64,000 bases of DNA, taken from positions 1-64,000 of the forward strand of contig NIVC01002952.1 in assembly GCA_002269645.1 (NCBI GenBank), in the 5' to 3' direction. Shown one piece after another: positions 1 to 12,950 of this stretch (position 1 is its first letter; each line of letters starts with the position of its first letter). A program made the position numbers and the translations under genes. The notes beneath the pieces are model-generated. The model was not told the origin of the DNA. It did not search any database and saw nothing but the letters and a program-made list of their open reading frames with translations. Source of the DNA: Macrostomum lignano (Eukaryota).

Positions 1-435
1 ATGAATTCGACTCGAAGAACTAGAGCTACTCTCGCATCTCCAATATGCGAGACGTCAACTGTAGAAGCGTTTTAAATATAAGCTTCCTGTTAGTCATGTG
101 CGAGTTTTGTAGTTTCTGTACACAGCTATTCGGCGCATTTCTGTTGTCTTTAATGTGCTGATTAGCATGCTACAAGATCTGAAGATGAAGATTTGGAAAA
201 TAATTCGGGATCGCTCTTCGCACAGGGACTAAAAGTTAAGCAGAGTTCGCCACGGTTAGTAGGTGGCACTACACTACTAGCATACCAAGCCTTTGGATGC
301 TGTGTTGCAATTCACTTCCTTGGCGGCACGCCTGGCCAACCTTGCTTCTATTTCTATGAATACGTTGCTATACACTTCCGATACGTGGTCAAGCAGTTTA
401 TACTCATCCTTTCTTTAATCAAAGTTCAATCGCAC

Positions 436-3400
436 CTGGCTCATGGTTGGTGCCCAGTTCTGGCGCTGAATTGGCGAATAGTCATCGGATGCGGCCGTGC
501 AGCTTGCTGGGAAATTATCGCCGTCGGCGGAGTTCAAGCTGGCCGCGTCGAACTGTTCGATCTGGCGCATCCGGGCGATGCCTCGCCGCAGGCGCAGACT
601 CACCTCCAGCTGGTTTGCGGCCGCTTCTTCGCGCCGGCTCCGCCACTTACGGTGCAGGCGCGCCAATTTGAGCACGAAGTCTCCTGGCCTGGCCTGCGCT
701 TCGGAAAAGTAAAAATGCGTCACCGTCACCGCCATGACAACCGCCAGGGCCACCATCAGCATTGTGACGCTGAATAAAAGACCTGGATCGGGTAAATTAA
801 GGAATGAGATCGGGATGCAGGCGAGGATGAAGACCAGCAGACAGTGGCGTACGCAGGAATTTCAATGAAAGGGGCCAGAAACCCTAAAGGGGCGCCAATA
901 ATCCAATATTTAGTGTTTTGGTAGGCGCCCCTGTCTCTTGATGGGCGCCCCTGTCTCTTGGTGGTCGCCCCTGTCTCTTGGTGGTCGCCCCTGTCTCTTG
1001 GTGGTCGCCCCTGTCTCTTGGTGGTCGCCCTGTCTCTTGGTGGTCGCCCCTGTCTCTTGATGGGCGCCCCTGTCTCTTGGTGGGCGCCCTGTCTCTTGGT
1101 GGGCGCCCCTGTCTCTTGGTGGGCGCCCCTGTCTCTTGGTGGTCGCCCCTGTCTCTTGGTGGTCGCCCCTGTCTCTTGGTGGGCGCCCCTGTCTCTTGGT
1201 AGGCGCCCCTGTCTCTTGGTGGGCGCCCCTGTCTCTTGGTGGGCGCCCCTGTCTCTTGGTAGGCGCCCCTGTCTCTTGGTGGGCGCCCCTGTCTCTTGGT
1301 GGGCGCCCCTGTCTCTTGGTAGGCGCCCCTGTCTCTTGGTAGGCGCCCCTGTCTCTCTTAGTGAGCGCCCCTGTCTCTTGGTGGGCGCCCGTGTCTTGGT
1401 GGTCACCCCTGTCTCTTGGTGGTCGCCCCTGTCTCTTGGTGAGCGCCCCTGTTTCTTGGTGGGCGCCCCTGTCTCTTGGTGGGCGCCCCTGTCTCTTGGT
1501 GAGCGCCCCTGTTTCTTGGTGGGCGCCCTAATATTTGGTTAAGAGGCGCGGCCCCCTGCCTTCCCTCTGCGTATGCCGCTGTCCGCACGATCCACTAATA
1601 ACGAGAGTCCTCACCAACTATGGGCACCGCATCCGGAGTTGGCGGCATAGCCTCGCTAACCATGAGCAGGAACACCACCAGAGCCAGCAGCACTGTGATC
1701 TCCAGGTTGACTTTCTCGCCGGACTCAATCGGCAGGAAGAAGCCCAGAATTGATACGCAGTAGATGAGCAGGCAGGGGCAGATGAGGTTGATCACGTAAA
1801 ACAGGCACCTGCGAAACATGTGGATGTTGAAGTGCACGAGCGGAAACGGCTCGGCACAGCAGGGGTAATTTTTCTCCTCCAGGTACGGCGTTATGGCCGT
1901 CACCATCCACTCCTGGTTACGCTCGATGAAATAAACTTTCTGATTCTCTGGCCCGGTGTGGTTCAGCTTCAGTCGCTGCCCGTCGTAGGTCCAGGACATC
2001 ATAGTCATGTTGCAGTCCTGCGTATCGAATGGAAAGTAGCGAACGTCGAGGGTGCAGTAGAGTTTCACCACGATGGGAAAAGTCCACATCACACTGCCGG
2101 TGGAGGTTACTATGGCGTTGGTGTTGATGTAGTCGGAGTACTCGTCGTTGGCGCTGAGGGTTTGACGGCAGAAATGGAATAGCTTCGGAAACGGTAGCAG
2201 CAACTGACAAAGCATCTGAGAGGGTGACAGAGCAACTGCGAGGGTGATAGAGCAACTGCGAGGGTGACAGAGCAACTGCGAGGGTGACAGAGCAACTGCG
2301 AGGGTGACAGAGCAACTGCGTGGGTGACAGAGCAGCTGCAAGGGTGACAGAGCAACTGAGAGGGTGACAGAGCAACTGCGAGGGTGACAGAGCAACTGTG
2401 TGGGTGACAGAGCAACTGCAAGGGTGACAGAGCAACTGAGAGGGTGATAGAGCAACTGAGAGGGTGATAGAGCAACTGAGAGGGTGACAGAGCAACTGCG
2501 AGGGTGACAGAGCAACTGCGAGGGTGACAGACCAACTGAGAGGGTGACAGAGCAACTGCGAGGGTGACAGCATCTGAAAGGGTGACAAAGCAACTTAGAG
2601 GGTGACAGCATCGCAGAGGGCTACAGCATCAGAGAGAGAGTGACAGAGCATCTGAGAAGACGACAGCATCGGAGGGTGACGGCCTTAAAGAGGGTGACAG
2701 CATCGGAGAGGGCGACAGCATCAAAGAGGCTGTCAGCATCGGAGGGTGACGGCCTTAAAGAGGGTGACAGCATCGGAGAGGGCGACAGCATCAAAGAGGC
2801 TGTCAGCATCGGAGGGTGACGGCCTTAAAGAGGGTGACAGCATCGGAGAGGGCGACAGCATCAAAGAGGCTGTCAGCATCGGAGGGTGACGGCCTTAAAG
2901 AGGGTGACAGCATCGGAGAGGGCGACAGCATCAAAGAGGCTGTCAGCATCGGAGGGTGACGGCCTTAAAGAGGGTGACAGCATCGGAGAGGGCGACAGCA
3001 TCAAAGAGGCTGTCAGCATCGGAGGGTGACGGCCTTAAAGAGGGTGACAGCATCGGAGAGGGCGACAGCATCAAAGAGGCTGTCAGCATCGGAGGGTGAC
3101 GGCCTTAAAGAGGGTGACAGCATCGGAGAGGGCGACAGCATCAAAGAGGCTGTCAGCATCGGAGGGTGACGGCCTTAAAGAGGGTGACAGCATCGGAGAG
3201 GGCGACAGCATCAAAGAGGCTGTCAGCATCGGAGGGTGACGGCCTTAAAGAGGGTGACAGCATCGGAGAGGACGACAGAACACTGGAGAAGGGAAGGCAG
3301 TATCGACGAGAAAGATTATGAAGAGGGGCAAATGAGAATGAGAGAAAATAAAATCAGGTATGTAAGAAGGGACCTGTCAGCTAAAAGACAGAAAGGACTG

Positions 3401-6400
3401 TTGGCACAGTGTGACTATAGACTTCTCAGTCGGAAAGATCCAAACCAATTGGATTACTAATCCCATTCTGATCCCATCAACAATCCATGTTGTCAGCTTA
3501 ACTTAGTCTGCTCTTGCAGATTAAATCCGGTGTCAATCAAACGCTCAAACACACCTAGCCCACCAAAAAAGCAACTATTGTATAAATGGAGGCGGCAACC
3601 TGAGATCGTTAACTTCAACAAGTGCTTTGTGCTTCGCATTAAGACCCTATTTTTCTCACGCTCGAACAGATTTTTTACTCTATAACTTCTATACTTCTTT
3701 GTGTACGAAATTATTGATCTTCTTCAATATCGTTCCTTAATTCCTTAATTGAGCTACTTGGTCTAAAGTACGCCTGTCTGCAAAGGCTGATTTTATCGAT
3801 TTTCCTGGTCAACTCTTCAATTCTTGTTTTTCTACCCCAGCCAATCCCAACTCGCTGTCATTGGCTGGCCGGGGGTAGGGGGTGAGAGAGACCCTAGCGT
3901 AACTCCTTCCCTATATCAAGCCTACCCACTCTATCGATTTTAGCGCCGCATGACTCACTAGTTGGAGATGATCACGTCCGGGCGCCAAATACTTCTCGAC
4001 GGGATCCAGATTTTCTCAATAGGATAGGTGCTTAGATTCCAGCGCATGTATTCGTCCACCCAGTACTGCAATGTTAAAATCGTTTTTTAATTAGAAAGCA
4101 CAATCGATATATAAAGCTGGCTCCTGCTGAGCACATACCAATCTGAGTGAAAGCAGTGCTGACACCGTTTGATGCCTTTCGCTCTGAAAAAGAATTAATA
4201 ATGAAGCTCTCAGCTTCTCATTTGAATCAACAAAGACAAAAATATTATCCGAGAACCAGAGAATGACAGGTTGATACGAGTATTGAGTAGCTAATACTCC
4301 GAGCATCTCACAGTGTCCAGGATGTGAAACAGCGACACACCGAGATCGCACGTGACCGCTGTTTTGTCGTCCCGGACTGGCCGGCTCGTGACGTCATAGC
4401 CTTTCATAAGGAACTGCTTGAGTCTGTACTCAACAGACGAATTACCGTACGGCAGGTCGCTTGTCCAGGTGTAGGCTCTCGCTGGAAGGATTAGAGATGG
4501 GAATGACCCTGTCTTATCTCACCCCATCCATTCTCACCCCATCCATTCTCACCCCATCCATTCTCACCCCATCCATTCTCACCCCATCCATTCTCACCCC
4601 ATCCATTCTCACCCCATCCATTCTCACCCCATCCATTCTCACCCCATCCATTCTCACCCCATTCATTCTCACCCCATCCATTCTCACCCCATCCATTCTC
4701 ACCCCATCCATTCTCACCCCATCCATTCTCACCCCATCCATTCTCAACTTATCAATTCTCACCGTATCCATTTCACTCTATCTATTTCACTCTATTTATT
4801 CTCACTCTATCCATTCTCACGCCATCTATTCTCACCCCATCCAATCTCAACTTATCCATTCTCACCCCATCGATTCTCAACTTATCCATTCTCACCGTAT
4901 CCATTTCACTCTATCCATTTCACTCTATTTATTCTCACTCTATCCATTCTCACCCCATCTATTCTCACCCCATCCAATCTCAATTTATAGGGGGGGCGTA
5001 GCCCAGCGGTAGCGCTGCTGCTCTGGTGTGCCAGCGACCCAGGCTCGATTCCAAGTGCAGTCACATTAATTTGGGGCTGAATTGGAATCTCGGCTTGGCT
5101 CTCTGCTCGTGCCGTTAACGGCCTTGAGAGCCAACCCCCCAAGGCGCAGTGAAGTGTACATGCCTAACGATAATATAAAGTTAGGGCCGCTGTACACTCC
5201 TGTGTGAGTGTGTGCCTGCGTACGTATCCGCGCGCTTGTATGCCTGCTCAGGGGAGTCGGCGGAATGGGCAGTAATGCCTCTCGCCGGTTGTGTGCCTAT
5301 GTCGCTTAAAGTGCGCCAGGGTGCACACAACCCCCCTGCCTCTAATAAAAAAATAAATAAAATCTCAATTTATCCATTCTCACCCCATCAGTTCTCAACC
5401 TATCCATTTTCAACCTCTGTATTCTCTCACTGTCCATTCTCACACCATTCATTCCTACCCTATCCATTCTCCTTTCCATTCCCACTCTATTCCATTCTTA
5501 TCCTATTCTTTCTCATCCTCAAGTATTTTAAAATTTGTTTGTGACTTGACTATTCTAATGGTTAATGCCGATATGTATCGAATCAAACTTTGTAAGGAAA
5601 GATCGAAAGTTTATGCATTTCGAAATCCATCTATAATTTTTCTTTCCTCGCAAAAAATGGAGAGGTTGCACTCTGTGCAATTCGTCAAAATCCAAAAGCA
5701 GTGCTTAACCTTGCTGCATCTTACAACACAGAAGTCGTAAAAAATGGTATTGCTGAAACCTGACTTGGACCCCAAAAATGTTTTTTTGGATTGCGCACTC
5801 GATGCGCGACGACACGTGCAGAGCGTCACCGCCCTCCATGGCGATGATAGCGACCAGGCCAACACTGCCCGGGACCAGCTGCAAGTCATCTATGCCCAGC
5901 GAACCGAGGTGTTTGTTGAAGAGGCAGTGAGCGAGATCCAGCTAGCGACCGACAACTGCCGCCACAGCGCTGCTTGGCGGGCCATCAACCAGCTGACTGG
6001 CAGGAAGCCCAGGCCTAGCGCAGTTGTTGGCGCGGACTCCATCGAGCATCGCAAGACTCAGCTGGTCAACCACTACCGCGATGTGCTTAATGCTCCTGCA
6101 CAAAATTTACTTCTTTTACCAATCCCAGACTTTGTCCCAGCAGAACCTAGCGTCTTCAACGTTGGCCCTATCACAACGAGCGAGGTTGGCCGGGCTCTGA
6201 GGACCATGCGTGCCGACGCCGCTGCTGGGGTGGATACGATTCCTCCCAGGGTCCTGAAGCTACCAGAGCTGACCCCCGCCATCACCGAGGTGCTGAACAA
6301 GCACTGCAGTCTTGGAGGCGACGCGGCCGCCTGCGCGCCCCCACAATGGCGCACCTCCAAGATCGTTTCCATCCCGAAGAAGGGGGCTTCTACAAGCCTG

Positions 6401-9172
6401 GACAACCAGCGTGGCATTGCGCTGGAATGTACCACGGCAAAGTTGCTGAATGCTGTGCTGCGCAACCGCCTCCTGCCAGGTCTCAACCCACTGCTGCTGA
6501 GTCTCCAGAGCGGTTTTCGGCCAGGCAGGTCCACCACTGAGCAGGTTGCAACCATCCGCTCAATCATTGAGGCCTGCAAGACCCGCCTCCGCTCCGTGTC
6601 GATTGTCTTCGTGGATTTCCGGAAGGCTTTTGACTCGGTGGCCAGGCTAGCGATTGCATGGCTGCTGTCCTACTACGGCGTCCCCCCTTCACTGGTGGCT
6701 GCGGTGATGGATCTGTACAGCGATTCCAGGGCATTTGTTCAGTCGAGCGACGGCCCCACTGATGAGTTCAGCACAAGCTCTGGCGTCCTTCAGGGCGACA
6801 CGCTGGCTCCTCTGCTTTTCATCATGGTCGTGGACTACGTGCTGCGCCGGTCTCTCCATGATGACGACGGCTATGTGCTAGTCCCACGTCGAAGCTCCCG
6901 ACACCCTGCAGTCCCGCTGCCGGCTCTTGCGTATGCCGACGACATCGCACTCCTCTGTCGCGATCCAGCTGCTGCCCAACGCGCTCTCTTAAGACTCTGC
7001 GAGGAGGGCGCTCGGGTTGGACTGATGATCAACGCACTGAAGACAGAAGTGCTGCACGTGGGCACTGATACCGCCCCGGCACTAGATCTGCCCAACGGAG
7101 ACGCCATCGCGGTGTGCGAGGACTTTCGGTACCTCGGCTCCCTGGTGATGAGTCCCGACTCCATCGTCTCCGACAGAAGGAATCAGGCCTGGCGTGCGGC
7201 GCACCTTCTCAGGAACGTCTTCAACTCTGCTGCAAGAGACAGCCTGAAGGTGCGCCTCTTCCGCGCTGCCGTTGAGCCTATCCTTCTGTACGGCATGGAA
7301 GCAGTGCCGATGACCGCCACGCGAGAGAAAGCCCTGGACGCGCTATACAGGTCCCTGCTGCGCCACGCCCTGGGCGTGCACTACCCGGAGAGGCTGCCGT
7401 CCAGAGACCTGATGGTTCGCGCCGGCGTCCCAGCCCTGAGCGTCACCCTGCGCCGGCGCCGCCAGATGCTGCTGGGCCACTGTCTGAGGAGCCACGGTCG
7501 CGGCGAGCGAAACCCGCTTGCGCTGGTCCTCCTGCACCAACCGACCGAGCGGCTGCGCCGCGGCCAAGGAAGAACTGTGACGCTAATTACCACTCTGTTG
7601 GCTGACTTGCAGGCTATCGGACTTGATCCCCAGTCCGCCATGGCCTGCCCCTCCCGACTGTTCTGCGAGCGCGTGCGCGCAAAAGCTATCTAACTTTTTG
7701 CGTCTATATATATATATACTCGATGCGGACACAGTTATTGCAGTATTTGATACAAGAATATTCCATTAGATTTTGTTGATATTAACTTTGCTGTATAATC
7801 TTTGATTAATTTTCTGCCCAAAAATTTTGTTTATTTCTTTCTTGAAACCTAGGTCGTATTCGACCCACTGCTGCGATTTCACCTAAAAATGGCTGTGGAT
7901 TCTTATTTACATCAGTATCTCTTTTTATCTCATCCCTTCTCACCCTATCTCATCCCTTCTCACCTATCCCATCCTTTCTCACCCCTATCTCATCCCTTCT
8001 CACCCCTATCCCATCCTTTCTCACCCCTATCCCATCCTTTCTCACCCCTATCTCATCCCTTCTCACCTATCTCATCCCATCTCACCCCATCTCATCTCTT
8101 CTCACCCCTATCTCATCCCTTCTCACCCCATCTCATCCTTTCTTATCCCTATCTCATCCCTTCTCATCCCTATCCCATCCTTTTTCACCCCTATCTCATC
8201 CTTTCTCACCCCTATCTCATCCCTTCTCATCCCTATCTCATCCCTTCTCACCTATCTCATCCCATCTCACCCCATCTCATCCCTTCTCATCCCTATCCCA
8301 TCCTTTTTCACCCCTATCTCATCCTTTCTCACCCCTATCTCATCCCTTCTCACCCCTATCTCATCCCTTCTCACCCCTATCTCATCCCTTCTCACCCCTA
8401 TCTCATCCCTTCTCACCCCTATCTCATCCCTTCTCACCCCTATCGAATCTCTATCTCTCCCCCTTGGCTCGTTTATCATCCCATCAAATCCTTTCTCATG
8501 CACACTTGTAAAAACATTTTCTCTAACTTTTTCGCCTTATTCTTAACTATTCTCACCCTCTTCCTCATCTACTCCCATCCGCTTCCAGTCTATTCTCACC
8601 ATTTCTCATCTACTCCCATCCGCTTCCAATCTATTCTCACCATTTGTCATCTACTCCCATCCGCTTCCAATCTATTCTCACCATTTCTCATCTACTCCCA
8701 TCCGCTTCCAATCTATTCTCACCATTTCTCATCTACTCCCATCCGCTTCCAATCTATTCTCACCATTTCTCATCTACTCTCATCCGCTTCCAATCTATTC
8801 TCACCATTTGTCATCTACTCCCATCCGCTTCCAATCTATTCTCACCATTTCTCATCTACTCCCATCCGCTTCCAATCTATTCTCACCATTTCTCATCTAC
8901 TCCCATCCGCTTCCAATCTATTCTCACCATTTCTCATCTACTCCCATCCGCTTCCAATCTATTCTCACCATTTCTCATCTACTCCCATCCGCTTCCAATC
9001 TATTCTCACCATTTCTCATCTACTCCCATCCACTTCCTATCTATTCTCAGCTTGTATCATCTACTCTCACCCACTCCTTATCTACCCCTTCGCATTTCTC
9101 ACCGCACTCAAAGGCCATCGCAGCCACCAGGAAGCGGCCAAGCGCAGTCACCAGCTGCTTCAATCTCGCCAT
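436..9172 (-). CDS. Nicotinic acetylcholine receptor-like (Cys-loop pLGIC) alpha-type subunit, at least 6 exons; 3' end (M4) unresolved
   Basis: Exons: 9172-9103 (signal-peptide-like MARLKQLVTALGRFLVAAMAFEC), 4481-4312 (RPVRDDKTAVTCDLGVSLFHILDT), 4183-4139 (45 bp, SERHQTVSALLSLRL), 4065-3959 (YWVDEYMRWN..IWRPDV), 2153-1615 (Cys-loop CTLDVRYFPFDTQDC, WTY, YPCC, M1, M2 GEKVNLEITVLL), 782-436 (M3 LLFSVTMLMVALAVVMAV plus loop). All introns are GT-AG with matching phases 1,0,0,2,1. No convincing M4 exon found in 1-435. Confidence 0.92.
918..1529. repeat. 20-bp minisatellite (GGGCGCCCCTGTCTCTTGGT)n, ~30 copies, intronic
   Basis: Directly visible tandem unit; explains ORFs 756-1406, 958-1542, 978-1202 and 1136-1342. 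Confidence 0.95.
2218..2575. repeat. 20-bp minisatellite (GAGGGTGACAGAGCAACTGC)n, intronic
   Basis: Visible tandem unit; makes up the spurious N-terminal part of ORF 1595-2611. Confidence 0.95.
2667..3277. repeat. 70-bp higher-order tandem repeat, ~8.7 near-identical copies
   Basis: CATCGGAGAG recurs at 2701, 2771, 2841 ... 3261 (period 70). The unit is built from GAGGGYGACAGCATC submotifs. Confidence 0.95.
4512..4745. repeat. 15-bp minisatellite (CCCCATCCATTCTCA)n
   Basis: Visible tandem unit; gives the spurious TPSIL and MDGVR ORFs. Confidence 0.95.
4990..5360 (+). mobile_element. tRNA-derived SINE with A-rich tail and 13-bp TSD
   Basis: Head GGGGGCGTAGCCCAGCGG (A box) and GGCTCGATTCC (B-box-like); tail TAATAAAAAAATAAATAA; AATCTCAATTTAT flanks it at 4976-4988 and 5361-5373. 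Confidence 0.8.
5807..7717 (+). mobile_element. 5'-truncated non-LTR retrotransposon (RTE-like), RT ORF uninterrupted to its stop at 7693
   Basis: RT motifs QSGFRPGRST, VDFRKAFDSV, GVLQGDTLAP, YADD, FRYLGS; RTE-type C-terminus RRRQMLLGHCLR..RRGQGR; 24-nt 3' UTR ending in (TA)n; perfect TSD ACTCGATGCG at 5797-5806 and 7718-7727; no endonuclease domain. Lies antisense in intron 1 of the receptor gene. Confidence 0.93.
7915..8445. repeat. ~21-bp C/T-rich minisatellite (CTCACCCCTATCTCATCCCTT)n
   Basis: Visible degenerate tandem unit; source of ORF 7889-9253. Confidence 0.9.
8555..9040. repeat. 41-bp minisatellite (CATCTACTCCCATCCGCTTCCAATCTATTCTCACCATTTCT)n, ~12 copies
   Basis: Period 41 (ATCTACTC at 8731 and 8772). 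Confidence 0.93.
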
Positions 9173-9799
9173 CGCTTTTTCTTGTTGCAGACTTTGTTTG
9201 CCAGCAGTTTCAAGCAATTGTTGTTTCTAAGAAGAGAAAAAACTCTGCCCTAATCGGAAATTCTTAGAACCAGTCTGTCCCTGTGCGACTTTCTAAATCC
9301 CAATAGTGCCGCAAATAATATCCTCATTCGCTTGGCCTGAGGCCATGGAGATCACAGAAGTGCAATCTGGAGTCGGGAATAGTAACGGCTGCATACACTC
9401 GTATAAAAACAGCAATAATTACTTATAATGGGATCTAATAGCATCCAACTCCATAAGCTAGTTCTAGATGGCCTTGGCCCAGCCAATCAGAACCGAGCTC
9501 GGGCGATTATCGACAGCCAAATTGGACGGATTATCGTTCGAGCCCTGTGTGTCTAGGCGGGCCATTGTCAGTGCTGAAATTGGCTGACAGATCCGTCATG
9601 ACGGCTTGAGTTGGGGTATCTGTGGCGCGCATCTCCTCTCTCTCAATTCTGACACTGACTTTCACTGGCGACATGAAATATCCGACGGCCAATGTTGCAG
9701 TGCAGATGGGCGCGTTTTGTTTCTGACACTTTCTGCTTTCCATGCGATTGGGATAAGTGCAGGCTTGCTGCCAACAAGGCCACTGGTTCTCCACTGCTC

Positions 9800-10275
9800 T
9801 CTCCTCTCCCTGCCCTCTCCCCCTCCTCTCTCGCATTCTCTCACTCTTCCTCTCCTCTCTCCTTCTCTCCCTCTCTCATCTCCCTCTCTCCTCTCCCTCT
9901 CTCCTTCTCTCCCTCTCATTTATCCTCTCTCATCTCTCCTCTTCTCTCATCTCTCCCTGTCTCCTTTTCTCCTCTCTCATCTCTCCTTCTTTCCCTCTCC
10001 TCTCTCTCTTCTCTCTCTTCTCCTCTCTCCCTCTCCCTCTCTCCTCTCTTTTCTCTCCCTGTCTCCTTCTCTCCCTCTCTCATCGCTCCTTGTCTCCTTC
10101 TCTCCCTCTCTCATCTCTCCTTCTTTCCCTCTCCCCTCTCTCTTCTCCTCTCTCCCTCTCTCATATATCCTTCTCTCCCTCTCCTTCTTTCTCTCTCATC
10201 TCTCATCTCTCCTTCTCTCCCTCTCTCATCTCTCCTCCTCTCTCCCTCTCTCATCTCCTTCTCTCCCTCTCCTCC
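9800..10275. repeat. CT-rich low-complexity polypyrimidine tract
   Basis: Almost purely C/T sequence; gives spurious S/L/P ORFs. Confidence 0.9.
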
Positions 10276-10947
10276 ATCAAACTCTCAATTCTCAACCTAT
10301 TTGATCGATTTTTGTTCGCCAGTTCAAATTGTTTATCTATCACATACGTATGAGTTTCGCAGTTTCCGTTAACTAACTGACCGTTTGGCTTGATTCAGAT
10401 TCAACAGGTTTTACTTCTGTTTACTTAAGCTTGGTGTTTGCAGCCTCCTCCACTCCTATGCAGGTTCCGGACAGGTCAAGTTGGTGGCCGCACTGGGGAG
10501 GTCATAAATAAGAATTAAATTTGCTTACACGAAATTTTGTTTTTCTTCGCTCGCCAACGCGCTAAAAGATTACCGACTGGCTACAGTAGCAGTGTACATG
10601 CAGGATTAAATGATGCATGCACATGCTCCCTGATTCACAAGGGTGTATGGACTGGTCTGAAAAGTAGGGTTTTTGTGTGTGGTTCTTTCCCAATATGCAG
10701 AACTCATAGCATGCAGCTGCTGCGCTATTCCAGTTCCGTGTGAAGCCTTCCGACTTGTCTAAAAAGGGTCTTCGCTAGCTGACTTCTTGCAGTGTATTGT
10801 ACGAGTATTGTGGGCAGCCAAGTATGATCCTAAAGTGCGTTGCTTATAAAAAGTCAAAAACTTTATTTCACCTACTGGACTGTTGAGCTGTGCTGTGCTC
10901 ATGTGTGCTGCTTTGAATATCGCTTGCGACTGGGATTCTCTTCTCCT

Positions 10948-10982
10948 ATCTATCTATCCATCTATCTATCCATCTATCTATG

Positions 10983-11029
<47 letters not shown>

Positions 11030-11030
11030 G

Positions 11031-11073
<43 letters not shown>

Positions 11074-11200
11074 AGATCTAACGTCTGTCTACATCCATCT
11101 AATCCTCCTATGAAAATTTCCGTTGATATGTCATTTCGTCTTATAGTGTCTTTCTTCTGTCTACCATCCACAACTAACATTTTGCATAGCAGATTTTCGC
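10948..11200. repeat. (TATC)n microsatellite plus conserved flank, copy 1
   Basis: (TATC)n followed by AGATCTAACGTCTGTCT..ATCCATCTAATCCTCCT, shared with copies ending at ~12151 and ~14265. Confidence 0.85.
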
Positions 11201-11504
11201 GAACATTTTCGCTTCGCTCGCTCTTTCTCGCTATCTACCATCTATTGCCAGGACCTGCACCGGAGCGGTTACGAAAATTAGATTTCTCGGTAGTTGCTCG
11301 CACTCTTTTGCACTACTTGAGTAGTCTGATTTTCGTTCGGCATGGCTGGTTCCAGAAGGTAGTTCCTCTGCATAAAAGCGCTTACCGCGCCCATTGGCTT
11401 TCCAGCTGCCTTAATCGTTTCCGGTGATCTTGTGTGCGTGCTTTCAGCTTGATTGGCTGCGGCATTAGTTGTCTATCTATCGCTTCGCTCGCTCTTTCTC
11501 GCTA

Positions 11505-12285
<781 letters not shown>

Positions 12286-12674
12286 GGTTTCATACGTGAT
12301 CATCCTGCTTCGCAGACTGCCGGAATTATTAGTTTAATGAAGCCAGATTGCAGACATTTTAACAGCCGTCAATAAAAAATTTGCTCCCCTAACTAGTGCT
12401 GACTTTATCGCTAGCCCGTTGCAAGGGAATGCCTGCTAGCAGCAACAGTATCTACCATAAGCACTTCGGTTTTACAAGCTGATTTAATATTCCAACTGTT
12501 TTATATGCTGCACAAGCGATTCCATGTTGTAAAAAAAGTCGTAATGTCGAAAAATTCAATGACACTACTTATTTCTTAAGTGTTCAGTAGACCTCTAGGA
12601 TAATATAAATAAAATTAATTCCAAAAAGAAAAAGAAAGAAAAAAGAAAAAACAGAAGATTTCTGTTCCAAAGAA

Positions 12675-12675
<1 letters not shown>

Positions 12676-12717
<42 letters not shown>

Positions 12718-12745
12718 GGCTGACAGACAGACAGACAGACAGACC

Positions 12746-12809
<64 letters not shown>

Positions 12810-12827
12810 GGCAGGCAGACAGACAGG

Positions 12828-12878
<51 letters not shown>

Positions 12879-12950
12879 GCAGGCAGACAGACAGGCAGAC
12901 AGACACACAGACAGAAGGCAGACAAACAGGCAGACAGAGACGGACACAGA
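12676..12950. repeat. (GACA)n microsatellite
   Basis: Directly visible. Confidence 0.95.

Noticed and set aside
1-435. M4-encoding last exon of the receptor
   Set aside because: Candidate open stretches lack a hydrophobic M4 helix and reliable splice sites; it is probably outside the window.
4990-5065. tRNA gene
   Set aside because: It continues into a ~300-bp body, an A-rich tail and a TSD, and I could not fold a clean cloverleaf; it is a SINE head.
5744-7693. Domesticated RT gene, retron or group II intron
   Set aside because: TSD, (TA)n tail, 5' truncation and RTE-type motifs indicate an ordinary LINE fragment; the ATG lies outside the element.
7889-10372. Ser/His/Pro/Leu-rich ORFs up to 454 aa
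   Set aside because: Minisatellite and CT-tract translations; only the 70-bp receptor exon (9103-9172, minus) looks coding.
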